Assembly (NCBI GenBank): GCA_035285805.1
Contig: JAYKJE010000037.1
Location: forward strand, 9,945 to 73,944
Reading direction: 5' to 3'
Source: a bacterium
GTDB lineage: Bacteria > Cyanobacteriota > Sericytochromatia > S15B-MN24 > UBA4093
DNA: 64,000 nt
Below, in pieces: positions 9,623 through 18,455 of this stretch (position 1 is the stretch's first letter; every line of letters begins with the position of its first letter). A program made the position numbers and the translations under genes. The notes beneath the pieces were generated by a model. That model searched no databases. It was not told where the DNA came from and saw only the letters and a list, made by a program, of their open reading frames with translations.

Positions 9623-10870
9623 TCAGGGCCTGAGCAAGCTCCGGATTCCCGCGATCGCCTTCCATGCGTTCACCCGCCCGGCCCCCGTCTGGTCGTCGCG
9701 CCCGGGGACGCCGAGGTCATCGACCGTCGCCACGAGGCGTTCCCGGATCTGAGCGCTGGTATACGCGGGAGCCACGCTCTTGATGAGGGCCGCCACGCCC
9801 GCGACATGCGGGGACGCCATCGAGGTTCCGGACATCTCCCCCCACTCGCCGTACCGCAAGGTCGAGACGATCTTCGAGCCGGGTGCCGCCAGCGTGATCG
9901 TCGGCCCGTGGTTGCTGAACGGGCTCCTGAGGTCTTTCGTGTTCGATGAGGCGACCGAGATCACCCCGGGCCAGGACGCGGGATAACTCGGCACGTCGCT
10001 GTTCTCGTTGCCGGCGGCAGCCACGACGGTCACGCCGGCCCCCACGGCAAACTTCACGGCCTCCGAGAGCGTGAAGGAGGCCTGCGGGGCACCCAGACTC
10101 AGGTTGATCACGTCCGCCCGACGGCGCACGGCCGCAACGATTCCCTCGGCGACCTGCGACCAGGTCCCGAGGCCCTCGGCATCGAGCGCCTTGACGGCGA
10201 GCACCGTGACGCCGGGTGCCACGCCCAGGACACCGACCCCGTCGGGCTGCGCGACCACCACGCCGGCACAGTGGGTGCCGTGGCCGTTGTCGTCGCGCGC
10301 ATCGTCGTCCTGGTGGATGAAGTCCCAGACCGACTCGACGTGCCCGGCGAGGTCGGGATGCTTCATGTCGACGCCCGTATCGACGATGGCGACCCGCACC
10401 CCGGGTCGCCCCAGGGTGATCGCGTGGGCCTCGGGAACCTGGATGCGACTCATGTGCCACTGGCTGGCAAACAGCGGATCCGTCGGGATGTCGAAGCCCA
10501 GGACCGGCGCCGGGCGCACCGCCTCGCTGGCCCGGACCACCCCCTCCCGCTCGATGAACGCGACGGCGGGATCCCGGCGCAGGCGAGCCACGGTGGCGGC
10601 ATCGGTACGGGCACCGAGGCGACCGATGCCGAGTTCGGCCAGGGGGCCCTCCAGCGTGAGCATGCTCAGGTCACCCGTCCGGGCCCGCCCGGATGCGGCT
10701 GGCCGCAGACCGACGAGATAGTCCGAGGTCATCGAGGCTTTCGACGCGATCCCGCCCGGCGCCCCGGAGAAGCGCCCCGTGGGCATCGAACCGCAGGCCG
10801 GCAGCAGCGCGAGCAGGGAAGGCAGGACCATGAAGGAGACGAGTCGACGGGAGAACGGGCGCATCACCAT
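9623..10870 (-). CDS. S8 family serine peptidase (subtilase), lipoprotein signal
   Basis: Catalytic triad contexts DTGVD, HGTHCAG and GTSMASPHVAG. Signal peptide with lipobox LLPAC. Confidence 0.9.
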   Translation of the reverse strand: MVMRPFSRRLVSFMVLPSLLALLPACGSMPTGRFSGAPGGIASKASMTSDYLVGLRPAASGRARTGDLSMLTLEGPLAELGIGRLGARTDAATVARLRRDPAVAFIEREGVVRASEAVRPAPVLGFDIPTDPLFASQWHMSRIQVPEAHAITLGRPGVRVAIVDTGVDMKHPDLAGHVESVWDFIHQDDDARDDNGHGTHCAGVVVAQPDGVGVLGVAPGVTVLAVKALDAEGLGTWSQVAEGIVAAVRRRADVINLSLGAPQASFTLSEAVKFAVGAGVTVVAAAGNENSDVPSYPASWPGVISVASSNTKDLRSPFSNHGPTITLAAPGSKIVSTLRYGEWGEMSGTSMASPHVAGVAALIKSVAPAYTSAQIRERLVATVDDLGVPGRDDQTGAGRVNAWKAIAGIRSLLRP

Positions 10871-11009
10871 CTCGCTTTACCTTGAGTTAACCATCGATTA
10901 ACTATTGTAGCCGGGGAGCGGGCGGGCGTCACCCGGCCGTGAGAAGCCCACGCGAGCGGGCATGATGGACATGCTCCGGACCCGATCGCCACGCTGACAG
11001 GATGTTCCG

Positions 11010-12620
11010 ATGACCACGCCTCCGCCGCGACGCACCCCCACGGGATCCCTGATCATGCCTGCGAACGTGCAGCAGGAACCCGCCAGGCGACGACCGAACC
11101 GCCACCACCAGATCGACCTGCTCCGGACCTTCATCCGGGCCTGCTACCCGATCATCTCGGTGGTCAGCTGGGAAGAGCGACGGTTCATGGAAGGCCTGCA
11201 GAGCTTGCTCGGGCCTGCGCGTCCTCTTTACCACTGGACGTTCACCCGGGGACTGGTGGCGGTCACGGGCGATCGCCGGGTCGAACCGACGACGGTCGGC
11301 GACCCGATCGCGGCCCTCAAGTTCGCGATGCGCTCCGAATCCGGCACGGTGGTCGTGTTCTCGGACCTGCACCCCTGGCTCGAGGGGCCCTCGACCCCGG
11401 AACAGACCGCCGTCATCCGCCTGCTGCGCGACTGGTACCTGGATGCCCGCCGCCTGCTCGATACCGAGCGGACCTTCATCCTGCTCGCGCCCGTGCTCTG
11501 CGTGCCGCGCGAACTCGAGAAGGAGATGGTCGTCGTCGACTATCCGCTCCCGGACCGGACGACCCTCGAATCGATCCTGCAGGACGTGATCGCCCGCCAG
11601 GCAGCCCGGACGACCCCGGTCCCCCCCATCCTGCCCGAGGTCCGCGATCGCCTCGTGGACGCCGCGCGGGGGCTGACATGGGACGAGGCCCAGAACGCCT
11701 TCATGGCGGCCCTGCTCGATAACGGGCAGATCGACGGTCGCGACGTGCAGCTCGTCGTGGCCGAGAAGCAGCTCATCATCCGCAAGTCGGGGCTGCTCGA
11801 CTACATCCCGCCGGGGACCACGCTGAAGGACGTCGGCGGCCTGGAGAACCTCAAGCGCTGGCTCGAGCGTCGCAGCCGCATCTTCACGCGCGAGGCCCGC
11901 GAGTTCGGCATCCCGCAACCGAAGGGGGTCCTGCTCACGGGCGTCCAGGGCTGTGGCAAGAGTCTGTCAGCCCGGGCGATCGCCGAGCACTGGGCTCTGC
12001 CCCTGCTGCGCCTGGATGTCGGCAAGGTGTTCGGCGGCCTCGTGGGCTCGAGCGAGGAGAACATCCGCAAGGCGATCCGCCTGGCCGAGGCCATGGCTCC
12101 CTGCGTGCTGTGGCTCGACGAGATCGAGAAGGGCTTCGCAGGCACGGGGTCCTCGGGGCAGACGGACGGCGGGACCACGGCCCGCGTCTTCGCGACCTTC
12201 CTGACCTGGCTCCAGGAAAAGACCTCCCGGGTCTTCGTGGTCGCGACGGCGAACCGGATCGAGGCCCTGCCCCCCGAACTGCTTCGCAAGGGACGCTTCG
12301 ACGAGATCTTCTTCATCGACCTGCCGGGAGGCATCGAACGCGGCGCCATCTTCGACATCCACCTGCGCGCCCGGAAGCGCGCCCCCGAGGCCTTCGACCT
12401 GGGGGTCCTGGTGGCCGCCAGCCAGGGCTTCAGCGGCGCCGAGATCGAGCAGGCCGTGATCGAGAGCCTGGTGGACGCCTTCGATCAGGGCATCGACCTG
12501 GCCCAGGACCATCTCCTCGCGGCCCTGCGGCGGACGGTCCCGCTGTCCGTCACCATGAAGGAATCGATCGCGGAGCTCCGGGACTGGGGGCGCAGCCGCG
12601 CCGTTTCCGCCACGGGCTGA
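11010..12620 (+). CDS. AAA family ATPase with N-terminal degenerate AAA-like domain (CDC48/SpoVK-like module)
   Basis: C-terminal classical AAA module: Walker A GVQGCGKS, Walker B VLWLDEIE, second region of homology ATANRIEALPPELLRKGRFD. The N-terminal ~300 aa lacks a P-loop. Confidence 0.85.
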   Translation: MTTPPPRRTPTGSLIMPANVQQEPARRRPNRHHQIDLLRTFIRACYPIISVVSWEERRFMEGLQSLLGPARPLYHWTFTRGLVAVTGDRRVEPTTVGDPIAALKFAMRSESGTVVVFSDLHPWLEGPSTPEQTAVIRLLRDWYLDARRLLDTERTFILLAPVLCVPRELEKEMVVVDYPLPDRTTLESILQDVIARQAARTTPVPPILPEVRDRLVDAARGLTWDEAQNAFMAALLDNGQIDGRDVQLVVAEKQLIIRKSGLLDYIPPGTTLKDVGGLENLKRWLERRSRIFTREAREFGIPQPKGVLLTGVQGCGKSLSARAIAEHWALPLLRLDVGKVFGGLVGSSEENIRKAIRLAEAMAPCVLWLDEIEKGFAGTGSSGQTDGGTTARVFATFLTWLQEKTSRVFVVATANRIEALPPELLRKGRFDEIFFIDLPGGIERGAIFDIHLRARKRAPEAFDLGVLVAASQGFSGAEIEQAVIESLVDAFDQGIDLAQDHLLAALRRTVPLSVTMKESIAELRDWGRSRAVSATG

Positions 12621-12640
12621 GACGAGCGGTCCGGAGCGAG

Positions 12641-12913
12641 CTACCCGAAGGCCGCCAGCGAGAGCGCCGACCTGGCCCCGCCGGAGAGCTGCAGGCTGTC
12701 CTGACGGCTGGCAGGCGCCTCCCCGATCATGTCGTTGATGGCGGAGCCGGCACCCTGCCCGGACGACGATACAGCTTCCGAGCGGCCCGGACCGCCGGCC
12801 ATCTGGGCCAGCATGTCTCCGATGGCGGAACCGGCCGGCCGATCCGGGACGGCCGCAGGCCGGCGGAGCAGATCCATCATCGCGTAGAGCGCCGAGTTGC
12901 CGCCGATCTGCAT
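12641..12913 (-). CDS. hypothetical small protein with internal direct repeat
   Basis: 90-aa ORF between the AAA gene and yitJ-like gene, Gly/Ala/Ser-rich with repeated GSAI(G/N)DM(L/I) motif. Could be a non-coding GC-frame ORF. Confidence 0.2.
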   Translation of the reverse strand: MQIGGNSALYAMMDLLRRPAAVPDRPAGSAIGDMLAQMAGGPGRSEAVSSSGQGAGSAINDMIGEAPASRQDSLQLSGGARSALSLAAFG

Positions 12914-13013
12914 CCTGCCTCCAGGTCCTGAGGGGTCCAGGAGATCATCGTCCCCGGAAGCCTGCCGAATGCGCGATTTCGTGAGCTTTTAACAGACGCT
13001 TGTTGAATGCCGA

Positions 13014-14864
13014 TCAAACCCTTTGAAGGGCCAGCGGCTCCAGCACGGCCAGGGCCAGCGGGATCTTCCCGAGCGGGGCACTGACCTGGACCCCCTGGAC
13101 GGCTCCACGCATGGCCTCGAGCATCTCGATGGCGATCGCCACGCCCTCCCGGGCCCCCTCGCCCCGCTCCTCGGCCGCCTTCATGCGGGCGAGGATCTCG
13201 GGGGGGATGACCACCCCGGGGACCTCGTTGGCCATGAACTCGGCGTTCCGGTAGCTCGCGAGCGGCCAGATGCCCGCCACGATGGGAATCTTGAAGCCTT
13301 CGACCCGCTCGAGGAAGGTCTCGAGCTGCCGGATGTCGAACACCGGCTGGGTGATCGCGTACTCGGCACCGGCCTCGACCTTCCAGGCGAAACGTTTGAG
13401 CTCGTGTTCGAGGTCGAGCGCCGCGGGATTGACCCCCACGCCGAAGCAGAAGGCCGTGGGTTTGCCGATGGCGTTGCCCCCGAGGTCCAGCCCCCGGTTC
13501 ATGCGGTTCACCATGTTCGTGAGACCGATGGCGTCGATGTCGAACACGGCCGTGGCCTGCGGATACGGCCCCATCTTGGGCGGGTCGCCCGTCACCAGCA
13601 GCAGGTTCTGGATCCCGAGCGCGGCCGCCCCCAGCAGGTCGGACTGCATCCCGAGCAGGTTGCGGTCGCGGCAGGTGTAGTGGACGACGGGCTCGATACC
13701 CTCGCGTGCGATCAGCAGGCTCGCGGCCATGGCGCTCATGCGGCTCTGGGCCCGCGGCCCGTCGGGCACGTTGATCGCATCGACGCCCGCATCCCGGATC
13801 GTCCGGACCCCCGCGACGAGTACCGTGGCATCGCAGCCCTTCGGAGGCAGCACCTCGACCGAGGTCACGAAAGCCCCCCGGGCGATCTTGGCTCCCCAGC
13901 GCGAGCGCTCGGCCAGGGGCACGGGCTCGACGCCGGCCGGACCTTCCTTGCCCGCCTCGGTGATCACGATCGACAGCTCGCGCCGCGGCGAGAGGGCCCG
14001 CGCGGCGTCGGCCATCTGCCGGATGTGCTCGGGCGTGGTCCCGCAGCAGCCGCCGATGAGCCGCACACCGGCCTGGATGAGGCGCTTGGCGTACTTCGCC
14101 ATGTAGTCCGGGCTCGACATGTACATCTTGCGACCATCCACCTCGCGCGGCATGCCGGCGTTGGGCTGGGCGGCGAGTTTCCGGGTCGTCACGGGAGCCA
14201 TCTGCTCGATGGCCTCGAGCATGGGGGCAGGGCCCACCGAGCAGTTGAGGCCGATGACGTCCGCCCCCCAGCGGTCGAGCGTCCGCGCGATGTCCGCGGG
14301 CAGGCTGCCATAGGTGGTCCGGCCATCCTCCTGGATGGTCATCTGGCTGATGATGGGGAGGTCCGTGACGGCCCGGACGGCCTGCATGGCCTGGTGCATC
14401 TCGCGCAGGTCCGAGAAGGTCTCGAGCACGAAGCCGTCCACGCCTCCCGCGAGCAACCCCTCGATCGCCTCGGCGAAGAGGGCGCGGGCCTCCTCCTCGC
14501 TGGTGGGGCCGTAGGGCTCCAGGCGGATGCCCAGAGGGCCGATCGCTCCGACGACGTAGCGATCCTCGCCGACGGCCTCGCGCGCGATCTCGGCCGCCCG
14601 CCGGTTGACGCGCACGACCTCGTCAGCGAGCCCGTGAGGCTCGAGGTGCGGGCGCGTGGCCCCGAAGGTGTTGGTCTCGACGATCTCGGCGCCGGCCTTC
14701 ACGTACTGGCGATGCACCTCGCGCACGACGTCCGGGTCCTGCAGGTTGAGCGCATCGTAGGACCGGTTGATGAACACGCCCATCTGGTAGAGCATCGTGC
14801 CCATCGCCCCGTCGAAGACGAGGACCCGGTCGTCCTGGAGGGCCTCGCGCAGCGGTCGTCTCAT
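13014..14864 (-). CDS. yitJ: bifunctional homocysteine S-methyltransferase / 5,10-methylenetetrahydrofolate reductase (YitJ-type)
   Basis: N-terminal Hcy-binding domain (VFDGAMGTMLY...GGCCGTTPEHI) fused to an MTHFR domain, ~616 aa as in B. subtilis YitJ. The ORF-track N-terminal 376 aa are an R/P/G low-complexity extension overlapping metH. Start set at MRRPLREAL, overlapping the metH stop as ATGA. Confidence 0.85.
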   Translation of the reverse strand: MRRPLREALQDDRVLVFDGAMGTMLYQMGVFINRSYDALNLQDPDVVREVHRQYVKAGAEIVETNTFGATRPHLEPHGLADEVVRVNRRAAEIAREAVGEDRYVVGAIGPLGIRLEPYGPTSEEEARALFAEAIEGLLAGGVDGFVLETFSDLREMHQAMQAVRAVTDLPIISQMTIQEDGRTTYGSLPADIARTLDRWGADVIGLNCSVGPAPMLEAIEQMAPVTTRKLAAQPNAGMPREVDGRKMYMSSPDYMAKYAKRLIQAGVRLIGGCCGTTPEHIRQMADAARALSPRRELSIVITEAGKEGPAGVEPVPLAERSRWGAKIARGAFVTSVEVLPPKGCDATVLVAGVRTIRDAGVDAINVPDGPRAQSRMSAMAASLLIAREGIEPVVHYTCRDRNLLGMQSDLLGAAALGIQNLLLVTGDPPKMGPYPQATAVFDIDAIGLTNMVNRMNRGLDLGGNAIGKPTAFCFGVGVNPAALDLEHELKRFAWKVEAGAEYAITQPVFDIRQLETFLERVEGFKIPIVAGIWPLASYRNAEFMANEVPGVVIPPEILARMKAAEERGEGAREGVAIAIEMLEAMRGAVQGVQVSAPLGKIPLALAVLEPLALQRV

Positions 14865-17800
14865 ACCTCGACGGCTCCCTTGGGCCCGAGGGCCGGATGC
14901 GGACTCACGCGCTCGCCGCCCGTGGCCCGGATGGCGTAGTAGCGGGCCTCGGGGTGGTGGAGGATCATCGCGACGGTCGACTGCTCGGGCACGAGCTGGC
15001 ACGACTCCGTGAGCGTCATGCCGGTCGTGGCCTCGACGGGCAACAGGTCGAACAGGATCCGGTGATCCTCGAGGTCGGGGATCGCCGGGTAGCCCCAGCT
15101 GTACCGCTTGCCCTGAGCGGCCGGCAGCCCCCACTCGCGCCTCACGTGGCGGTGCAGCAGCTCGGCCAGGGCCTCGGCGGCCTCGACGGCCAGGCCGTGG
15201 ACGTAGTAGGCCTCGGAATAGTCTCCGGCGGCCTGCAGCTGCTCCATGCGCTCGGTCGAGCGCGGACCGACCGTGACGGCCTGCAGGGCCAGCACGTCCA
15301 TCCGGTCCCCCCCCAGGGGCTGGAAGTAGTCGGCCAGACAGAGGCGATCGCCGTCGGGCTGACGCGGGAAGGTGAACCGGGCCCGCACGTTCGTGCCCTC
15401 GGGCGAATCGAACACGACGAGCGTGTCCCCGTCGGCCTGGCAAGGGTAGAACCCGTAGACCCCGCGCGGCTCGAGCCAGCCCTCGCGCAGGACCTCGGCC
15501 CGCATCCGGCCGAGACGCGGCTCGAACTCGTCTTTCAGCAGGCGGTCCCAGGCCTCGCCCGTCGTGCTCTTGCCGCCCCACGAGAGCCGGTAGAGGCTCT
15601 TGAAGTCGAGACACTCGAACACGCGGTCGAGGGGCACGTCCTCGAGGACCCGGTGCCCCCAGAAGGGGGCCGTCGGCACGGGCACGTCGAGCCGGGTGGC
15701 CGAACGGGCCGCGACGACGGCCGGGGCCGCCTGCGCGAGCCGGGCCTGGCGTTCCTTCTCGGCCCGGGCCTGCCGGTGGATGTCGGCCACGAACGCCTCG
15801 CGTTCGGCCGGATCGTTCAGGCGTTCGAGCGTCGCCAGGCCCTCGAAGGCGTCGTTGGCATAGAACACGCCGGGGCCGTAGGGCGTGCCGTCCTCGAGCA
15901 GGCCGATCCGCCGGCCGAAGCTGCGATTGATGGCCGCCCCGCCGATCAGGATGGGCACGTGAATGCCCTGGCGGTGCGCTTCCTGGACGCACAGGGGCAT
16001 CTGCTTCGAGGTCGAGACGAGCAGCGCCGACAGGCCGATGGCATCGGCCCGGAGCTCGCGTGCGCGGTCGAGGATCGTCTGCACGGGTACCTGCTTGCCC
16101 AGGTCATGGACCGTGTAGCCGTTGTTGCTCAGGATGGTGTAGACGAGGTTCTTGCCGATGTCGTGCACGTCTCCGTACACGGTCGCCAGCACGACCGTCC
16201 CCTTCGTGACTCCCTCGGCCCTGTCCAGGAACTGCTCGAGGTGCTTCACGGCCTTCTTCATGACCTCGGCGGACTGCAGCACGAAGGGCAGGATGAGCTC
16301 GCCGGCTCCGAAGCGATCGCCCACGTCCTTCATGGCCGGCAACAGGACCGTGTTGAGCACCGTGACGGGATCCTGGCGCGTGAGGGCATCGTCGATGAGC
16401 GCCTCGATGCCCTCCTTGCGCCGGTGAAGGATCTGCCAGTGGATGCGCTCCTCGGAGGTCATCCCGGCGGTGGGATCCTCGACGGTGGCCGAAGTCCCGG
16501 CGGTGGCCTGGTTGGCCTCGAAGTAGGCGATGAGCTCCTGCAGGGCCTCCGGGGCACGGTTCAGGACCAGGTTCTCGGCCAGGCGCAGGGCCTCGGCCGG
16601 GATCTCGGCCATGGGCACGACATGGGCCGGGTTGACGATCGCGAGATCCAGCCCCGCCTCGACGGCGTGGTGCAGGAAGACGGCGTTCACGACGGCCCGG
16701 GCGTGGGGCTGGAGCCCGAACGAGACGTTCGAGACGCCGAGCGTCGTCAGCACGCCCGGCAGTTCGGCCTTGATCCGGCGGATCCCCTCGAGCGTCTCGA
16801 GGGCCGAGGGTGCGAACTCGGGATCGCCCGTCGCGAGCGTGAAGGTCAGCGCATCGAAGATGAGGGCCTCGGGGGGCAGACCGTACTCGCCCACGACGAG
16901 GTCATGGATGCGGCGAGCGACCTCGAGCTTGCGCTCGGCCGTCTTGGCCATGCCCGTCTCATCGATGGTCAGGGCCACGAGAGCGGCCCCGTGCTCGACG
17001 GCATGCGGCACGATGGCATCGATCCGGGCGCGGCCATTCTCGAGATGCACCGAGTTGACGATCGCCCGTCCCGGGAAGGTCCGCAGGGCCTCGAGGATGA
17101 CGGCGGGCTCGGTCGAGTCGATCATGAGCGGCGCCTCGACGCCCTGCGCGAGGGTCTTCACGACCTTGCGCATCTGCTCGACCTCGTCCGCCCGCTCGGT
17201 GAGCGCCACGCAGACGTCCAGCACGTGGGCGCCGTTCTCGACCTGCTCCCGGGCGATCGCGAGGACGCCATCGTAGTCGTCGGCAAGCAGCAGCTGCTTG
17301 AGCTTGCGGCTGCCCTGCGCGTTGACGCGTTCGCCCACGAGCAGCGGACGCGGTTCCTGCCAGAGGCTCACGGAGCGCATGGCGCTCGCGACGTGCGGGG
17401 CCCCCGCGGCGGGACGGGGCAGGGGCTTCAGGTCCGCCACGGCGGCCGCGAGGGAGCGGATGTGGGCCGGGGTCGTGCCGCAGCAACCGCCCACGAGGTT
17501 CACGCCGTACTTCTGCACGTACTCGCGCAGGGTCTCGGCCATCGGTCCGGGCTCGAGCGGGTAGACGGCCTTTCCGTCGACGTTCAGGGGCAATCCCGCG
17601 TTGGGGATGAGGCTGATGGGCTTCGTCGCGCGCTCGAAGAGCACCTGCACGGGGCCGCGCATGTGCTCGGGACCGGTCGAGCAGTTGAGGCCGATCACGT
17701 CGATGGGCAGGGCCTCGAGGATGGCGATCGCCGCCCCGATGTCTGTGCCGAGCAGCATGCGCCCCGTGACGTCGAGCGTGACCTGGGCCTGGATGGGCAC

Positions 17801-18361
17801 CCGTCGCCCGGACTTGCTGAAGTAGCGTTCGAGGCCCGCGATGGCCGCCTTGACCTCCAGGATGTCCTGCGAGGTCTCGATGAGCAGGACGTCACAGCCC
17901 CCCTCGACCAGGGGCCGGGCCTGTTCCTCGAAGAGGTCGGCCAGCTCCTCGAAGGTGACGTTGCCGAGAGTCGGATCGGACGACGACGGCAGGAGGCCCG
18001 TCGGGCCGATGGAGCCCGCGACGAAGCGGGGGCGTTCGGGAGTCGCGAAGCGGTCGGCCGCCTCGCGTGCGAGCCGGGTGGCCGTGAAGTTCTGCTCGTA
18101 CACCTTCTCGGGCATGCCGTACTCGCCGAGCTTGAGGCGGTTGCCCCCGAAGGTGTCGGTCTCGAGGACGTCCGCGCCCGCCTCGAGGTAGTCCTCGTGG
18201 ATGCGCGTGATGACGTCCGGCCGGGTGAAGACGAGCATCTCGTTGCAGCCCATCTGGCCGCCGTAATCCTCGAGCGTGAGGTCGAGGGGCTGGATCGAGG
18301 TCCCCATCGCGCCGTCGTAGACGAGGATGCGGTCCTGGAGGGCCTGGAGGTAGGGGTGCAT
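14861..18361 (-). CDS. metH: methionine synthase (cobalamin-dependent), full four-module
   Basis: Hcy-binding domain (ILVYDGAMGT..GGCCGTTPAHI), pterin-binding domain, B12-binding DxHxxG motif (GDVHDIGKN) and C-terminal AdoMet activation domain. Start set at MHPYLQ; the ORF track extends to 18628. Confidence 0.9.
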   Translation of the reverse strand: MHPYLQALQDRILVYDGAMGTSIQPLDLTLEDYGGQMGCNEMLVFTRPDVITRIHEDYLEAGADVLETDTFGGNRLKLGEYGMPEKVYEQNFTATRLAREAADRFATPERPRFVAGSIGPTGLLPSSSDPTLGNVTFEELADLFEEQARPLVEGGCDVLLIETSQDILEVKAAIAGLERYFSKSGRRVPIQAQVTLDVTGRMLLGTDIGAAIAILEALPIDVIGLNCSTGPEHMRGPVQVLFERATKPISLIPNAGLPLNVDGKAVYPLEPGPMAETLREYVQKYGVNLVGGCCGTTPAHIRSLAAAVADLKPLPRPAAGAPHVASAMRSVSLWQEPRPLLVGERVNAQGSRKLKQLLLADDYDGVLAIAREQVENGAHVLDVCVALTERADEVEQMRKVVKTLAQGVEAPLMIDSTEPAVILEALRTFPGRAIVNSVHLENGRARIDAIVPHAVEHGAALVALTIDETGMAKTAERKLEVARRIHDLVVGEYGLPPEALIFDALTFTLATGDPEFAPSALETLEGIRRIKAELPGVLTTLGVSNVSFGLQPHARAVVNAVFLHHAVEAGLDLAIVNPAHVVPMAEIPAEALRLAENLVLNRAPEALQELIAYFEANQATAGTSATVEDPTAGMTSEERIHWQILHRRKEGIEALIDDALTRQDPVTVLNTVLLPAMKDVGDRFGAGELILPFVLQSAEVMKKAVKHLEQFLDRAEGVTKGTVVLATVYGDVHDIGKNLVYTILSNNGYTVHDLGKQVPVQTILDRARELRADAIGLSALLVSTSKQMPLCVQEAHRQGIHVPILIGGAAINRSFGRRIGLLEDGTPYGPGVFYANDAFEGLATLERLNDPAEREAFVADIHRQARAEKERQARLAQAAPAVVAARSATRLDVPVPTAPFWGHRVLEDVPLDRVFECLDFKSLYRLSWGGKSTTGEAWDRLLKDEFEPRLGRMRAEVLREGWLEPRGVYGFYPCQADGDTLVVFDSPEGTNVRARFTFPRQPDGDRLCLADYFQPLGGDRMDVLALQAVTVGPRSTERMEQLQAAGDYSEAYYVHGLAVEAAEALAELLHRHVRREWGLPAAQGKRYSWGYPAIPDLEDHRILFDLLPVEATTGMTLTESCQLVPEQSTVAMILHHPEARYYAIRATGGERVSPHPALGPKGAVEV

Positions 18362-18455
18362 GGAGTCCTCGATCCCGGAGTGCATGACAGCTGTCACTTG
18401 ATTCAAGATACCCATCACACCCGCATCCGGAACCGGACGCGCGCGTGCCGGACCA

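Noticed and set aside
9623-12620. ietAS-like defence system call for S8 protease plus AAA ATPase
   Set aside because: Genes are divergent, not operonic, and the protease has a lipoprotein signal peptide (secreted). Kept only as a low-interest finding.
13023-14939. 638-aa plus-strand ORF antisense to yitJ-like gene
   Set aside because: Low-complexity GC-frame artefact; minus strand has Hcy-MT plus MTHFR domains.
13014-15992. N-terminal 376 aa of the 992-aa ORF and N-terminal extensions of metH, xerC, otsA, hyp-46759, TPR and kinase ORFs
   Set aside because: Extensions are R/P/G-rich and overlap upstream genes. Family-typical N-termini with RBS or stop-start overlaps are found internally.
18362-18455. 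SAM (S-box) riboswitch upstream of metH
   Set aside because: Region is only ~95 nt and lacks the S-box conserved cores by inspection. Needs covariance-model search.
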